Source: Abditibacterium sp.
GTDB lineage: Bacteria > Armatimonadota > Abditibacteriia > Abditibacteriales > Abditibacteriaceae
Direction of reading: 5' to 3'
DNA: 64,000 nt
Assembly: GCA_965246885.1 (NCBI GenBank)
Contig: OZ251992.1
Coordinates: 3,200,001 to 3,264,000 of the forward strand
The position numbers and the translations under genes were made by a program. Shown piece by piece: positions 37,560-49,973 of the stretch. The notes under the pieces were generated by a model. That model made no database searches, had not been told where the DNA came from, and was given only the letters and a program-made list of their open reading frames with translations. Position 1 is the first letter of the stretch, and the number at the start of each line of letters is the position of its first letter.

Positions 37560-39770
37560 ATGAAATCACCATTCCTCGTGCTTTTGGGCGGCGCCTTGCT
37601 GCTGTCCGTTCCCGCTTCGGCGCAGTTTGGCAACGCAACGAACGACGCTGCGCTCGATGTGCGGCCCCTTCCGCCCACAAAAGCGCCGCCGCTTCGCGGG
37701 CAGCTAACTTACCCCAATAACTCCGCGTTGCCCTTGCAAAATGTGGTGCTGTTTTCGAGTGGCGTGGGGTATTTCGGGCGGTCGGGCGAGGTGGACGGCG
37801 ACGCGAGCGTGGATTTACTCGTGCGGGCGCCGCAGTTGTCGGACATTTTGAAATCGCTCGTGTTGTTTGATCCCAAGGGGCATGTAGACCCGGTGACGTA
37901 TTCTATACAGGACTACATCGGCGCGCGCGCGACTTCGACGGACTTGAACATAGACCCGAACGCCTCACCGGGCGGCATCCTGCGCTTGCTGCAAGGCGCG
38001 CTGGTGCGCGTGGAGCGGGCGTCAGGCACAATCGAAGGGCGCGTCGTGTCGGTCTCGACACAGCAAATCAAGGACGGCGAGACGTTGCGCACCGTCGAGT
38101 CGGCGACGTTCCTGACGAAAACGGGACTTGTCACCATCCGCTTGGACGACGTGCTGAGTTTCACGCCGCTCGACCGGGGGCTGGCGGACAAGTTCGCCGC
38201 CAGTCTCGAAAAGCGCGGCAACGGGCTGACGCAAGGCTTGGACGACGGCGTGCGACCCGTCACGCTGCACTTTCGGGGGCGCGGCAGGCGGGCGGTGCGC
38301 GCGGGGTATCTGCTTGAAACGCCCGCGTGGAAGACGAGCTACCGCCTCGTGCTGGAGCCGAAGCAGAAACCGTATCTGCAAGGCTGGGCCGTTGTGGAGA
38401 ACCCCGGCGACGAGGATTGGCAGGGCGTGAACCTGTCGCTCGTGTCGGGGCGCCCCGTGTCGTTCATCGAAGACTTGGCCACGCCCGTTTACATCGTGCG
38501 CCCAGTCGTGCAGCCGCAAATCATCGGCTCCGCCACCCCGCAAACGTTCGGCGCGGGGTATGGGGGGACGAACGAGGCGTTGAATTTAAAGAACTTGAGC
38601 GCGACGCTGGGGCGGCAAAGAGTGGCCTCCTCTCCCATAGCACGCGGTGAATTGGGCTTCTATCCGAGTACCGACATATATAAAAACTCCGGCTCTATGA
38701 ACGCCCCTGCCTCCGCCCTCGCGCCCGAACTGGCCGATGCCGCAGGCGCCACGAAAGCGTTGACACTCGAAGGCAAGGTGGACGCGCAAGCGACTGGGGC
38801 GGAGCGCGGCAACTTGTTCGTTTACGCCATTGATTCCAAGGTGTCCATCCCGCACGGGCAGGCGGCGATGGTGCCGATTCTGAGCGAAGACGTGGACGGC
38901 GAAGCGATTTCCATCGTGCAAAGCGACAACGAAGTCCACGCCCTCGACGCGCAGAACGGCTTCCAACTGCGCAACCGGGGCGACCTCAATCTGCAAGGCG
39001 GGCCGATTGCGGTGTATGCCGACGGCATCTACGGCGGCGACGCGCAGATTAGTAACGTCTCCCCCGGCGAGTCGCGCCTCATCGCCTACGCCGTTGACCT
39101 CGACCTCGTGTCGCGCTTGGAAAGCTCCGAGCAAGGCGAAGAAATCACCGCCATCGCCCCCACCGGCGGCGCGCTCCAAGTCACCAAGCGCCTCACGCGC
39201 GTGCAAACCTACGCATTCCGCAACAAGTCGGGCGTCGCCAAGACGGTGCTTTTGCAACAACCGAACGAGGATAGCTGGAAGTTGGTGGACGCCAAGCAAC
39301 TGTATGAGAAGTCCAACGACGGACTGCGCTTTCGCACCGTCGTGCCGCCCAAAAAGAGTGTGAACTACGTTCTTAAGTGGGAGTTGCCGCAGGTGGAAGT
39401 CGTGGCATTGCGCGACCTCAACCCCGACCAGATCGGCTTCTACGTCGTGCAGAAGCGGCTCGCGCCGGAACTGAAAGTGCAACTGCTGGCGATTATCGCC
39501 CTCAAGAAGCGCGCCAACGACCTCGAAGCGCAGCGTCAGGCGCAGGTCAACACGCTTGCGGGGATCACCGCCGACCAGACGCGCATCCGCGAGAACCTCA
39601 AGGCGCTCGATAAGGGCTCGGCGCTGTACAAGACCTACGAGGGGAAATTGATGGCGCAGGAAACGCAAGTTGACCGCGTGCAAGCCGAGATAGACCGCTT
39701 GGCGACCGCCACGAACGCCGCGCGGCAGGCGGTGGCGGACGCGATTGCCAACTTGGGAGCGGGGAAGTAG
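37560..39770 (+). CDS. Secreted DUF4139-like protein
   Basis: VVLFSSGVGYF, DILKSL, WKTSYRL, LQGWAVVEN..EDW, LSLVSGRPVSF, DQTRIRENL. Confidence 0.75.
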   Translation: MKSPFLVLLGGALLLSVPASAQFGNATNDAALDVRPLPPTKAPPLRGQLTYPNNSALPLQNVVLFSSGVGYFGRSGEVDGDASVDLLVRAPQLSDILKSLVLFDPKGHVDPVTYSIQDYIGARATSTDLNIDPNASPGGILRLLQGALVRVERASGTIEGRVVSVSTQQIKDGETLRTVESATFLTKTGLVTIRLDDVLSFTPLDRGLADKFAASLEKRGNGLTQGLDDGVRPVTLHFRGRGRRAVRAGYLLETPAWKTSYRLVLEPKQKPYLQGWAVVENPGDEDWQGVNLSLVSGRPVSFIEDLATPVYIVRPVVQPQIIGSATPQTFGAGYGGTNEALNLKNLSATLGRQRVASSPIARGELGFYPSTDIYKNSGSMNAPASALAPELADAAGATKALTLEGKVDAQATGAERGNLFVYAIDSKVSIPHGQAAMVPILSEDVDGEAISIVQSDNEVHALDAQNGFQLRNRGDLNLQGGPIAVYADGIYGGDAQISNVSPGESRLIAYAVDLDLVSRLESSEQGEEITAIAPTGGALQVTKRLTRVQTYAFRNKSGVAKTVLLQQPNEDSWKLVDAKQLYEKSNDGLRFRTVVPPKKSVNYVLKWELPQVEVVALRDLNPDQIGFYVVQKRLAPELKVQLLAIIALKKRANDLEAQRQAQVNTLAGITADQTRIRENLKALDKGSALYKTYEGKLMAQETQVDRVQAEIDRLATATNAARQAVADAIANLGAGK

Positions 39771-39795
39771 CGGGCCGCGCGGCGGCGGGCGTGGT

Positions 39796-39902
39796 GTCCG
39801 GCAGGACACTTGGCGTAGCCGGATGCCGGTGATTTTATATCACCGAACGAGGGTATGAAACCCCCGGCATCCGGGCGCAAGCGCCCAAGCGTCCTGCCGG
39901 AC
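39796..39902. repeat. Imperfect branched palindrome upstream of purH
   Basis: GTCCGGCAGGAC/GTCCTGCCGGAC, CTTGG/CCAAG and CCGGATGCCGG/CCGGCATCCGG stems closing two inner hairpins. Confidence 0.8.
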
Positions 39903-39935
39903 GCGGCTCCCCATCCGGCGTCACACTCCCTCTCC

Positions 39936-41474
39936 ATGAAACGCGCGCTGCTTTCGGTTTCCAACAAGAACTCGCTCGCCCCCTTCGCGTCGGCCCTCGC
40001 GGAACTGGGCTTCCAACTGCTTTCGACGGGCGGGACGGCCCGCACCCTGCGCGAAGCGGGGATTCCCGTCACGGATGTCGCCGATGTGACCGGCTTCCCC
40101 GAAATGATGGACGGGCGCGTGAAGACGCTCCACCCCGCCATTCACGGCGGCTTGCTCGCGCTCCGCGATAACCCGGAGCACCTGCGCGCCCTCGAAGCGC
40201 AAGGGATTGCGCCGATAGATTTGGTGTGCGTGAACCTGTATCCCTTCGAGAACACCGTCGCGCGACCGGGGGTTTCGCTCGGCGAAGCCATCGAAAACAT
40301 AGACATCGGCGGGCCTTCGATGGTGCGTAGCGCGGCGAAGAACTACCAATCGGTGACGGTGGTAGTTGACCCCGCCGACTACGACGCGGTGCTCGCGGAG
40401 CTACGCGCGGGCGACACGACACTTGAAACGCGCAAGCGTTTGGCGGTCAAGGCCTTCGCGCACACGTCGGCGTATGACGGGGCGATTACGACTTACCTCA
40501 GTGGGCAAACGCTGCCCGCATCGCTGCGCTTGTCGTTCGAGAAAGAAGCGGACTTGCGCTACGGCGAGAACCCGCACCAAGCGGGCGCATTTTACGCACA
40601 ACAAAGCGCCGCGCCGGGAACGCTCGCGCGGGCAGTGCAACTGTCGGGAATCGCGCTGTCGTTCGTCAATCTGTTCGACCTCGACGGCGCTTGGAACTTG
40701 GTCTGCGAGTTCGAGGAAGCCGCCGCATGCATTGTGAAGCACGCCAACCCGTGCGGGTGCGCCGTCGCGGGTACGCTGGCGGACGCCTTCAGTGCGGCGC
40801 GCGACGCCGACCCGGTTTCGCGCTTTGGCGGCATCATCGCCTGCAACCGCCGCGTGGATGCGGCGACTGCCGAGGAGATTATTGTGAAGGGCAGCCTCTA
40901 CCACGCCATTATCGCGCCCGGTTACGACGGCGACGCGCTCGAACTGCTGCGCGGTCGCTCCGGTTGGGGCGCCGACTTGCGCATCTTGGACGCCGGAACC
41001 CTGCTTCCGCGAACCCCGTCGCTCGACTGGAAGCGCGTGTCGGGCGGGTTGCTGGTGCAAGACGCCGACCGGCACGAGCTAAGCGACGCCGACTTGCGCA
41101 CCGTCACCGAGCGGGCGCCCTCGTCGGAAGAGTTGGCGGATTTGCGCTTCGCGTGGCAGTGCGTCAAACATCTCAAGTCCAATGCCATCGCGGTAGCCAA
41201 GGGCGGGAGCCTCATCGGGGCGGGCGCGGGCCAAATGAACCGCGTTTCGAGCGTGAAATTGGCACTCGAACAAGCGGGCGACAACGCGCAAGGCGCAGTT
41301 TTGGCGTCCGATGCGTTCTTCCCCTTCGACGACGGGCCGAAATTGGCGCTGGAGGCGGGCGTGCGCGCCTTCATCCAACCCGGCGGCTCGAACCGCGACG
41401 CCGATTCCATCGCGGCTTGCAATGAACGCGGCGCCGTGATGGTCTTTACTGGCGTGCGGCACTTTAAGCACTAA
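39936..41474 (+). CDS. purH: Bifunctional AICAR transformylase/IMP cyclohydrolase
   Basis: RALLSVS, STGGT, GRVKTLHP, IDIGGP, LRYGENPHQ, KHANPCG, ASDAFFPF, RHFKH. Confidence 0.98.
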   Translation: MKRALLSVSNKNSLAPFASALAELGFQLLSTGGTARTLREAGIPVTDVADVTGFPEMMDGRVKTLHPAIHGGLLALRDNPEHLRALEAQGIAPIDLVCVNLYPFENTVARPGVSLGEAIENIDIGGPSMVRSAAKNYQSVTVVVDPADYDAVLAELRAGDTTLETRKRLAVKAFAHTSAYDGAITTYLSGQTLPASLRLSFEKEADLRYGENPHQAGAFYAQQSAAPGTLARAVQLSGIALSFVNLFDLDGAWNLVCEFEEAAACIVKHANPCGCAVAGTLADAFSAARDADPVSRFGGIIACNRRVDAATAEEIIVKGSLYHAIIAPGYDGDALELLRGRSGWGADLRILDAGTLLPRTPSLDWKRVSGGLLVQDADRHELSDADLRTVTERAPSSEELADLRFAWQCVKHLKSNAIAVAKGGSLIGAGAGQMNRVSSVKLALEQAGDNAQGAVLASDAFFPFDDGPKLALEAGVRAFIQPGGSNRDADSIAACNERGAVMVFTGVRHFKH

Positions 41475-41830
41475 ACCAAGCGGATGTAAAACAAGAACGC
41501 CATCGTCGCCGCCCACACGCCCAGCCCGCCCGTTAGGAAGCAACGGGCGGCGCGGCCTGCAAAGGGCAGACGCTTCGCCCACAACAGTTTGAGGAACGGC
41601 AGCGAGAGGGGAATGGGCGCGAGCAAGAGGTCGAACGCGGCGCTGACGGCGGGTGTTCCGCAGGGCATGCCAATGGTTCGGAGGCACACGTTCAGCGTGC
41701 CGTAGCAAAGATAGACGAGCGCGGCGGAGCAAACGAAGACGAGCGCGCAGACGAGCCACAGGCCGACGTTGGCGGCGTTGTCTTCGGCGGCGATTGGTTT
41801 GCCATACGGCAGGGCGATGGGGTGTTCCAT
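41471..41830 (-). CDS. Hypothetical membrane protein
   Basis: Three hydrophobic segments; starts 3 nt after the upstream stop. Confidence 0.6.
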   Translation of the reverse strand: MEHPIALPYGKPIAAEDNAANVGLWLVCALVFVCSAALVYLCYGTLNVCLRTIGMPCGTPAVSAAFDLLLAPIPLSLPFLKLLWAKRLPFAGRAARCFLTGGLGVWAATMAFLFYIRLV

Positions 41831-41833
41831 GCG

Positions 41834-42310
41834 TTAGCGCCCGGCAAACCGCTTCTGAGACTCCTCGTCCAAGAGGGTCACGTCGCGTATCTCGAAGCGG
41901 TTCTCCTCGTTGTCGCGGATGAGGAAGCGCGTGGGGCCAAGCTCGGTGATGGCTTCGTGGAGCGCCTTGGACGTGATGGCGACGCGGCCCCGGTCGGTTT
42001 CGACATCCCACTGCGAGGTGCCAAAGCGCTCGGCGATGGAGTAGATACGGGTGATTTGCGGCAGGAAGTAGCGGTTGTCGAGCGACTTCTTCAGAAGCTC
42101 CGCGCTTTGGAACGACAAGCCGCGCAGGTTCTCGATGGTGCCGAGTTCCTTGTCTTTGCCGTCGCGCACGATGAAGAACTGGTCGTCGCGCGAAAGCGGA
42201 AAGGCGCGCAGAACGTGCACGTCTATGCCGCAACGGTCGGGCAAAATGGCGCGCAGCGTCCCGTCGGGCGCGACGGACAGTTCGAGGGATTCCGGTGGCA
42301 GAAAGGGCAT
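41834..42310 (-). CDS. DUF1854-like protein
   Basis: RAFPLS, KELG, RYFLPQITRI, WDVETDRG. Confidence 0.8.
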   Translation of the reverse strand: MPFLPPESLELSVAPDGTLRAILPDRCGIDVHVLRAFPLSRDDQFFIVRDGKDKELGTIENLRGLSFQSAELLKKSLDNRYFLPQITRIYSIAERFGTSQWDVETDRGRVAITSKALHEAITELGPTRFLIRDNEENRFEIRDVTLLDEESQKRFAGR

Positions 42311-42340
42311 AACGGTGGATGGTTCGAGATTGATGCCGCG

Positions 42341-45025
<2,685 letters not shown>

Positions 45026-45063
45026 TTTAATCGTATGGCTTAGCCAACGATTGAAAGACACGC

Positions 45064-45168
45064 GGCGAATGAATTCGCAGCCAGCAAAGTCGTCGGCCTT
45101 CGCCGACGGCGTTTCAGTTCCTACGTCGGCGAAGGCCGACGACTTTGCTGGCTGCGAATTCATTCGCC
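45064..45168. repeat. Long palindrome family A, copy 2 (45-bp perfect arms)
   Basis: Arms 45064-45108 and 45124-45168; GCGAAT-GA-ATTCGC and GTCGGC-CTTC-GCCGAC; loop shares TTTCAGTT with copy 1. Confidence 0.95.
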
Positions 45169-45189
45169 CAATACTAACACGTAACATTC

Positions 45190-45999
45190 ATGACGCTCCA
45201 ACAACTCACTCTATTCCCGCTCAAATCGGGCGGGGGCATCGAACTGCGCGAAGGAAAAGTCGAGGCGCGCGGCCTCCGGCACGACCGGCGCTGGATGCTC
45301 GTGGACGAGGCGGGGCGCTTTCTGTCGCAACGCGAGATGCCGCAGTTGGCCACCCTCCGACCGCACCTTTGCAATGACCGGCTTATCTTGCGGTGCGGCG
45401 ACGCGGAGTTGGACGTGCCCCTCCATCCACACGAAGGAGAACGAGTGCGCGTCGAAATCTGGCGGGACAGCATCGAAGCCCTCCACTTGGGCGACCTCGC
45501 CGACGAATGGCTGCGCGACGTTTTGGGGTTGGACGCGCGACTTGTGTGGATGCCCGACGACGCGCGGCGCCCCGTTGACCCCGCTTACGCTCTGCCAGAC
45601 GACGTTACTTCCTTCGCCGACGGCTTTCCGTTCCTCGTCCTCTCCGCCGCGTCGGTCGCTGACCTCAACAACCGCATCACCAGTGGCGGCGGACAACCCA
45701 TTGGCGCCGACCGCTTCCGCGCGAACTTCCTCATCGAAGGCGCCACGCCCTACGCCGAAGACAATTGGGCGCGCTTTCGCATCGGCGAGTGCGAGTTCGA
45801 GGCGGTCAAGCCTTGCTCGCGTTGCCTCATCCCGACCCTCGACCAAACGACGGGCGAGCGCACCGGCCCAGAGCCGCTTCGCACCTTGGCCACATACCGC
45901 GCGCGGGGTGGCAAAATTGCTCTCGCCCAAAACGCCCTTGCGCGCCGTTTGGGAACGGTGCGCGTCGGCGACGAGGTGGAAGTGCTCAGTTGGCGCTAA
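45190..45999 (+). CDS. MOSC domain protein (YcbX/mARC-like)
   Basis: FPLKS, DRRWML, FADGFP, RFRAN, KPCSRC. Confidence 0.92.
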   Translation: MTLQQLTLFPLKSGGGIELREGKVEARGLRHDRRWMLVDEAGRFLSQREMPQLATLRPHLCNDRLILRCGDAELDVPLHPHEGERVRVEIWRDSIEALHLGDLADEWLRDVLGLDARLVWMPDDARRPVDPAYALPDDVTSFADGFPFLVLSAASVADLNNRITSGGGQPIGADRFRANFLIEGATPYAEDNWARFRIGECEFEAVKPCSRCLIPTLDQTTGERTGPEPLRTLATYRARGGKIALAQNALARRLGTVRVGDEVEVLSWR

Positions 46000-46014
46000 G
46001 AGGGCGACGAAGCG

Positions 46015-47382
46015 TCACTCTCCTGCTGCGGGGGCGTCTTGTTCTTTGCGGCGCAGGGCTTTGAGGTCGGTGAGGACGGACGAGAACTTGGAGATGAGCA
46101 CGCCCAACTGGTCGCTGCTGGTGGCGGCTTCATAAACCTCGATTTCGCCGAGCGAGACGGCGCGGTCGGAGTTGACGTTTGGATCGGCGTTGGGAAGCGC
46201 GATGTTGCCGGGGCCGTTCGCTTGGAAGATGAAGCGCAAGAACTTGGCTTCGACCGGGCGCACCAGAAACTCTTGGTTGACGGCCTCGTCCTTGACGTTG
46301 ATGGACGCCACATCTTTCCAAGGGCCGTCCTTAAAGCTGCCAGTCGTCGCTTGCACGGCGACGCGGCGCGCCCAGCGCAGGTCGCTTTGGTTGGAAGTGG
46401 GGTTGAGGACAATCTTCCCAATGAGGCGGGTTCTATCCCCAGCGAAGCCAAGCGTCACGTATTCGTGGTTGGGCGCAAAACCTTGCGAGGCCCAGCCGAA
46501 AGAGCCTTTGCCTTCCGCCAAAGAAAAGTTCTGGCCGTCAATCAGTTTGTCGGGGCCATACGCGGGATCGTTGTTGAAAATGGAAGAGTACGCCATGACT
46601 TTCCCGCCGTTCTTGGCCGCCACCAAATTGCTCTTGCCAATGGGCACGCGCGCATCGCCTTCGCCCAGCAGTTGCACCAATTGCAGCGTGGCAGGCGCGA
46701 GGGATTTGTCGAGAGAGGCGCCGACGGTCTGCCCGCCGCCGTTGCCGCCTTCGAGTTGAACGTCGCGGTAGCGGCGCAGGTCGTTGACAGCGCTTTCCAA
46801 ACGCGCGATCAGGCCGCCCATCGGGTCGCTCGTGTCAATGGCGGCATACACCTCCACCTCGCCCAGAGCAACCGCGCGGTCAGAGCCGTAGTTCGAGCGA
46901 AACACGAGGCGCACAAAGCGCGCGGGGGTGGGGAGCAAAGGAAACTCTTGGGGCGTCGCACTCTGCTTGAGAGTCAGTTGCGCAACGGAACTATAGGGGC
47001 CGTCGGCGGTTTCGGTCGAGACCTGCACTTCCACGTCTTTGGCCCAGCGTTCGGGCGGCAGGTCGGTCGCGGGGTTGAGCACGATCTTGCCGATGGTGAA
47101 CTGCTTGTTCCCGGCGAAGCCGAGCACCACACTGTCGCGCGCGATGGGGTCGAACTTGTTCGACGACCACCCGCGCGACTTGGATCCGTTCACGCCGAAG
47201 ACTTGGCCATCTATCAGGTTCCCTGCGGAATAGGCCGGGTCGTCGCCCAGCGTCGAAGAGGAGGAGATAATGCGCCCGCCATTGGCTTTGGCGGCCAAAT
47301 TGAGCGTATCGGTGGGCCGGTTCTGTGCGCTCGCCGCAAGCGGCAAACCGAGCAAAAAGAAAGCGACAAGTGAATGTTTCAT
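46015..47382 (-). CDS. Secreted protein with two discoidin/F5-8-type-C-like domains
   Basis: Signal peptide; duplicated N(L/V)AA..NGG...LIDGQ...IGKIVLNP...SDRAV.LGE.EVY units. Confidence 0.75.
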   Translation of the reverse strand: MKHSLVAFFLLGLPLAASAQNRPTDTLNLAAKANGGRIISSSSTLGDDPAYSAGNLIDGQVFGVNGSKSRGWSSNKFDPIARDSVVLGFAGNKQFTIGKIVLNPATDLPPERWAKDVEVQVSTETADGPYSSVAQLTLKQSATPQEFPLLPTPARFVRLVFRSNYGSDRAVALGEVEVYAAIDTSDPMGGLIARLESAVNDLRRYRDVQLEGGNGGGQTVGASLDKSLAPATLQLVQLLGEGDARVPIGKSNLVAAKNGGKVMAYSSIFNNDPAYGPDKLIDGQNFSLAEGKGSFGWASQGFAPNHEYVTLGFAGDRTRLIGKIVLNPTSNQSDLRWARRVAVQATTGSFKDGPWKDVASINVKDEAVNQEFLVRPVEAKFLRFIFQANGPGNIALPNADPNVNSDRAVSLGEIEVYEAATSSDQLGVLISKFSSVLTDLKALRRKEQDAPAAGE

Positions 47383-47390
47383 AAAAGCGG

Positions 47391-48620
47391 TCAAGAACTA
47401 TGCGCGGCGCGCATGGCGGCCTCGTGCACCTCGCGCGCCGGAACGCCGAAAAGCCGCGCGGCGCGCTTCACGTCCTCCCATTCGGGATGCGCGCGCGCGA
47501 TTCCCAGCGCCTCATTGCGCGCGATTTTTACGGCAATGGGGCCAAAGGGCGTGGCGACGCGCGCCATTTCTCTGTCCAATGCCGCGCGTTCGAGGCGAAT
47601 TCGACGCACGCCAAGCGTGGTTGTTTCTCGAAGTATGGCGCCTAAGACCGCTTTCTCGTGAGAATCATCACACATCGCGCCCAAAATCAGCGCCGGACGC
47701 CCCTTTTTCATGTGAATCGGCACCAGCCAGACATCGAGCGCGCCCGCTTCAAAGAGCCGCTCGAACGCCAACTCCCACGCTTGCGGGTTCAGGTCGTCTA
47801 CATTCGCCTCGAACTGCGTCAGCGTGCGCCATTCCAGACCGTCCGATGCAGCGCTGTCAGCCGTCGCACCGATTGACACGCGCAGGATGTTGGGGCGGTC
47901 GGGAAAATCTTTCTTGCCCGCGCCCAAGCCGATTTGCTCCAGCGTCATGGCGGGCGCGCTTCCGTAGCCCTTACACAGCGCCGCCAGAATCCCGGCGCCC
48001 GTTGGCGTCACCATTTCGCCGCGCACATCGGTCGGCACCCAAGGTGCGCCCTTGAGCAGTTCGAGCGTTGCGGGCGCGGGAACGGGCATCAGGCCATGCG
48101 CGCACCGGACGAAGCCGCTCGACATCGGCAGCGCCGACGCCCACACTTGCTCCACCTTCAGTCGCTCCAAGCACCACGCGACGCCCACGATGTCGAGCAG
48201 CGAATCCAAACCGCCGATCTCGTGGAAGTGCACTTCGTCGGGCGTGGAATGGTGCAAAAGCGCTTCGGCGGTGGCAATCTTTCCGAAGATGGCGAGCGCG
48301 TCGCGCTTGACGCGCGCGCTCAGGTCGCTGGCCTTAATAATGTCCCGTATCTCGCGCATCGAGCGCCCATGATGGTGGTGATGATGCCCATCCGCCGCTT
48401 CCAACTCCTGCGCGTCGGTTTGGCCGTGCAGCGCAATCGAGACGCTTTGCGCGTGAATCCCCGACCGGAGCACCGCCGCGCTTTCGATGCTCCAATCCTC
48501 GACAGGCAACGACGCCAGCGCGGCGCGCAACTCCTCAAGCGGCGCACCGGCATCCAACAAAGCGGCGAGCGCCATATCCCCGGCGATGCCGGAAAAGCAG
48601 TCGAAGTAAGCGATTTTCAT
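47391..48620 (-). CDS. larC: Nickel-pincer cofactor nickel insertion protein LarC
   Basis: YFDCFSGIAGDM, His6 tract, VHFHE, PVPAPAT, TPTGA, MKKGRP, ETTTLGVR. Confidence 0.95.
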   Translation of the reverse strand: MKIAYFDCFSGIAGDMALAALLDAGAPLEELRAALASLPVEDWSIESAAVLRSGIHAQSVSIALHGQTDAQELEAADGHHHHHHGRSMREIRDIIKASDLSARVKRDALAIFGKIATAEALLHHSTPDEVHFHEIGGLDSLLDIVGVAWCLERLKVEQVWASALPMSSGFVRCAHGLMPVPAPATLELLKGAPWVPTDVRGEMVTPTGAGILAALCKGYGSAPAMTLEQIGLGAGKKDFPDRPNILRVSIGATADSAASDGLEWRTLTQFEANVDDLNPQAWELAFERLFEAGALDVWLVPIHMKKGRPALILGAMCDDSHEKAVLGAILRETTTLGVRRIRLERAALDREMARVATPFGPIAVKIARNEALGIARAHPEWEDVKRAARLFGVPAREVHEAAMRAAHSS

Positions 48621-49375
48621 GCGGACTTCAGTGTCCGCAAGACCGACGCGGCGAAAGCAGCAGCGCCGAAACCGTTGTCTATGTTGACGACCGCCACGCC
48701 GTTGGCGCACGAGTTGAGCATCCCCAACAGCGCCGCCAAGCCGCCAAACGAGGCGCCGTAGCCGACACTGGTGGGAACGGCGACAACGGGAACCGACACT
48801 AAGCCCGCAATCACCGAAGGCAGGGCGCCTTCCATGCCCGCGACGACGACTAACACCGATTGGGCGCGGATAAGGGGCAGTTGGCTCAGGGTGCGGTGCA
48901 AGCCCGCGACGCCGATGTCGGAGATGCGCTCGACGCGCGCGCCCATCGCTTCCAAGCACAGCGCGGCTTCTTCGGCAACGGGCAAATCGCTCGTTCCGGC
49001 GCACAACACGCCGACACTACCGGGCAGTTCGTCGCGCTCGCCGTCTATGTGGATGAGGCGCGCGAGTTCATCGTAGCGGGCGCGCGGCAGTTGGTCGGCG
49101 ATGCCCGCCCACACGTCGGGCGCGACGCGCGTCACGAGGACGGGAGCGCCGGTCTGCTCCAACCGTCCGGCGATGGCGACGATTTGGGCGGGCGTTTTGC
49201 CTTGGCCAAAGACGACTTCGGGGAACCCTTGGCGCAGGGCGCGGTGGTGGTCGAGGCGCGCGAAGCCGAGGTTTTCTTCATCGGGCATGGCCGAGAGCGT
49301 TTCGAGAGCGTCGGCCACATCAGTGGAGCCGTTGGCGACCCTATCGAGGAGCGAGCGCAGTTGGTCGGGGGTCAT
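48617..49375 (-). CDS. larB: Nickel-pincer cofactor carboxylase/hydrolase LarB
   Basis: GFPEVVFGQGKT, AGTSDLPVAEE, DIGVAG, AGMEGAL, PTSVGYG, VVNIDNGFGA. Confidence 0.96.
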   Translation of the reverse strand: MTPDQLRSLLDRVANGSTDVADALETLSAMPDEENLGFARLDHHRALRQGFPEVVFGQGKTPAQIVAIAGRLEQTGAPVLVTRVAPDVWAGIADQLPRARYDELARLIHIDGERDELPGSVGVLCAGTSDLPVAEEAALCLEAMGARVERISDIGVAGLHRTLSQLPLIRAQSVLVVVAGMEGALPSVIAGLVSVPVVAVPTSVGYGASFGGLAALLGMLNSCANGVAVVNIDNGFGAAAFAASVLRTLKSA

Positions 49376-49468
49376 AGAAGCGCGCCAAATTTTATCAAAT
49401 TAGAAGGGGAGCCTTGCGCACGGGCGCGGAGGTTGGTAACATTTGACGGGCCGTTTGGCAGGGAACTC

Positions 49469-49831
49469 ATGAACGCTGTTTTGTTTTTGCTTCAGGGCGT
49501 GTCCGCGCTCATTTTCATCGTCTTGATGGCCATTCAAACCGACAAGAATGAGCAAAGCGGCGTAATGGGTTTGGGCGCGCAGGGCGGACGCATGAGTGGC
49601 TCGATAGATATGCCCGTTGGCGCTGAAAGAATACTCAAGCCGATGTCCAAATGGTCGGGCATCGCCTTTTTGTTCGCTTCCGTCCTCGCGGCGGCGAACT
49701 CGACTCTGAGCAAAACGACCGGCCTGCCTTGGTATGCCCTCGTGGGCGCCATCGGCTTGTATTTGTTCGTGATGATTTTGGGCGATTCGGTATGGAAGAG
49801 TTTTCTGCGCGCGTTCGGCGCAGGCAGTTAG
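49469..49831 (+). CDS. secG: Preprotein translocase subunit SecG-like
   Basis: TM helix, Gly-rich loop, TM helix; canonical position directly before tRNA-Leu(GAG). Confidence 0.75.
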   Translation: MNAVLFLLQGVSALIFIVLMAIQTDKNEQSGVMGLGAQGGRMSGSIDMPVGAERILKPMSKWSGIAFLFASVLAAANSTLSKTTGLPWYALVGAIGLYLFVMILGDSVWKSFLRAFGAGS

Positions 49832-49841
49832 AGAAAAATTT

Positions 49842-49924
49842 GTCGCGGTGGCGAAATGGCAGACGCGCCAGCTTGAGGGGCTGGTGCCCGCAAGGGCGTG
49901 GAAGTTCGAGTCTTCTCCGCGACA
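49842..49924 (+). tRNA. tRNA-Leu (anticodon GAG)
   Basis: Acceptor stem GTCGCGG/CCGCGAC-A, D arm GGCGAAATGGCAGACGC, anticodon arm CCAGC-TTGAGGG-GCTGG, long variable arm, GTTCGAGT T loop; CCA not encoded. Confidence 0.96.
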
Positions 49925-49933
49925 TTCAACTAA

Positions 49934-49964
49934 AAAACCGTGCGACTCTCCGTCGCGCGGTTTT
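49934..49964 (+). terminator. Intrinsic terminator after tRNA-Leu
   Basis: AAAACCGTGCGAC-TCTCC-GTCGCGCGGTTTT. Confidence 0.75.
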
Positions 49965-49973
49965 CGTCTTTCC

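Noticed and set aside
39780..39935. ZMP/ZTP (pfl) riboswitch, SRP RNA or 6S RNA upstream of purH
   Set aside because: I could not find the conserved motifs of these RNAs, and purH appears leaderless.
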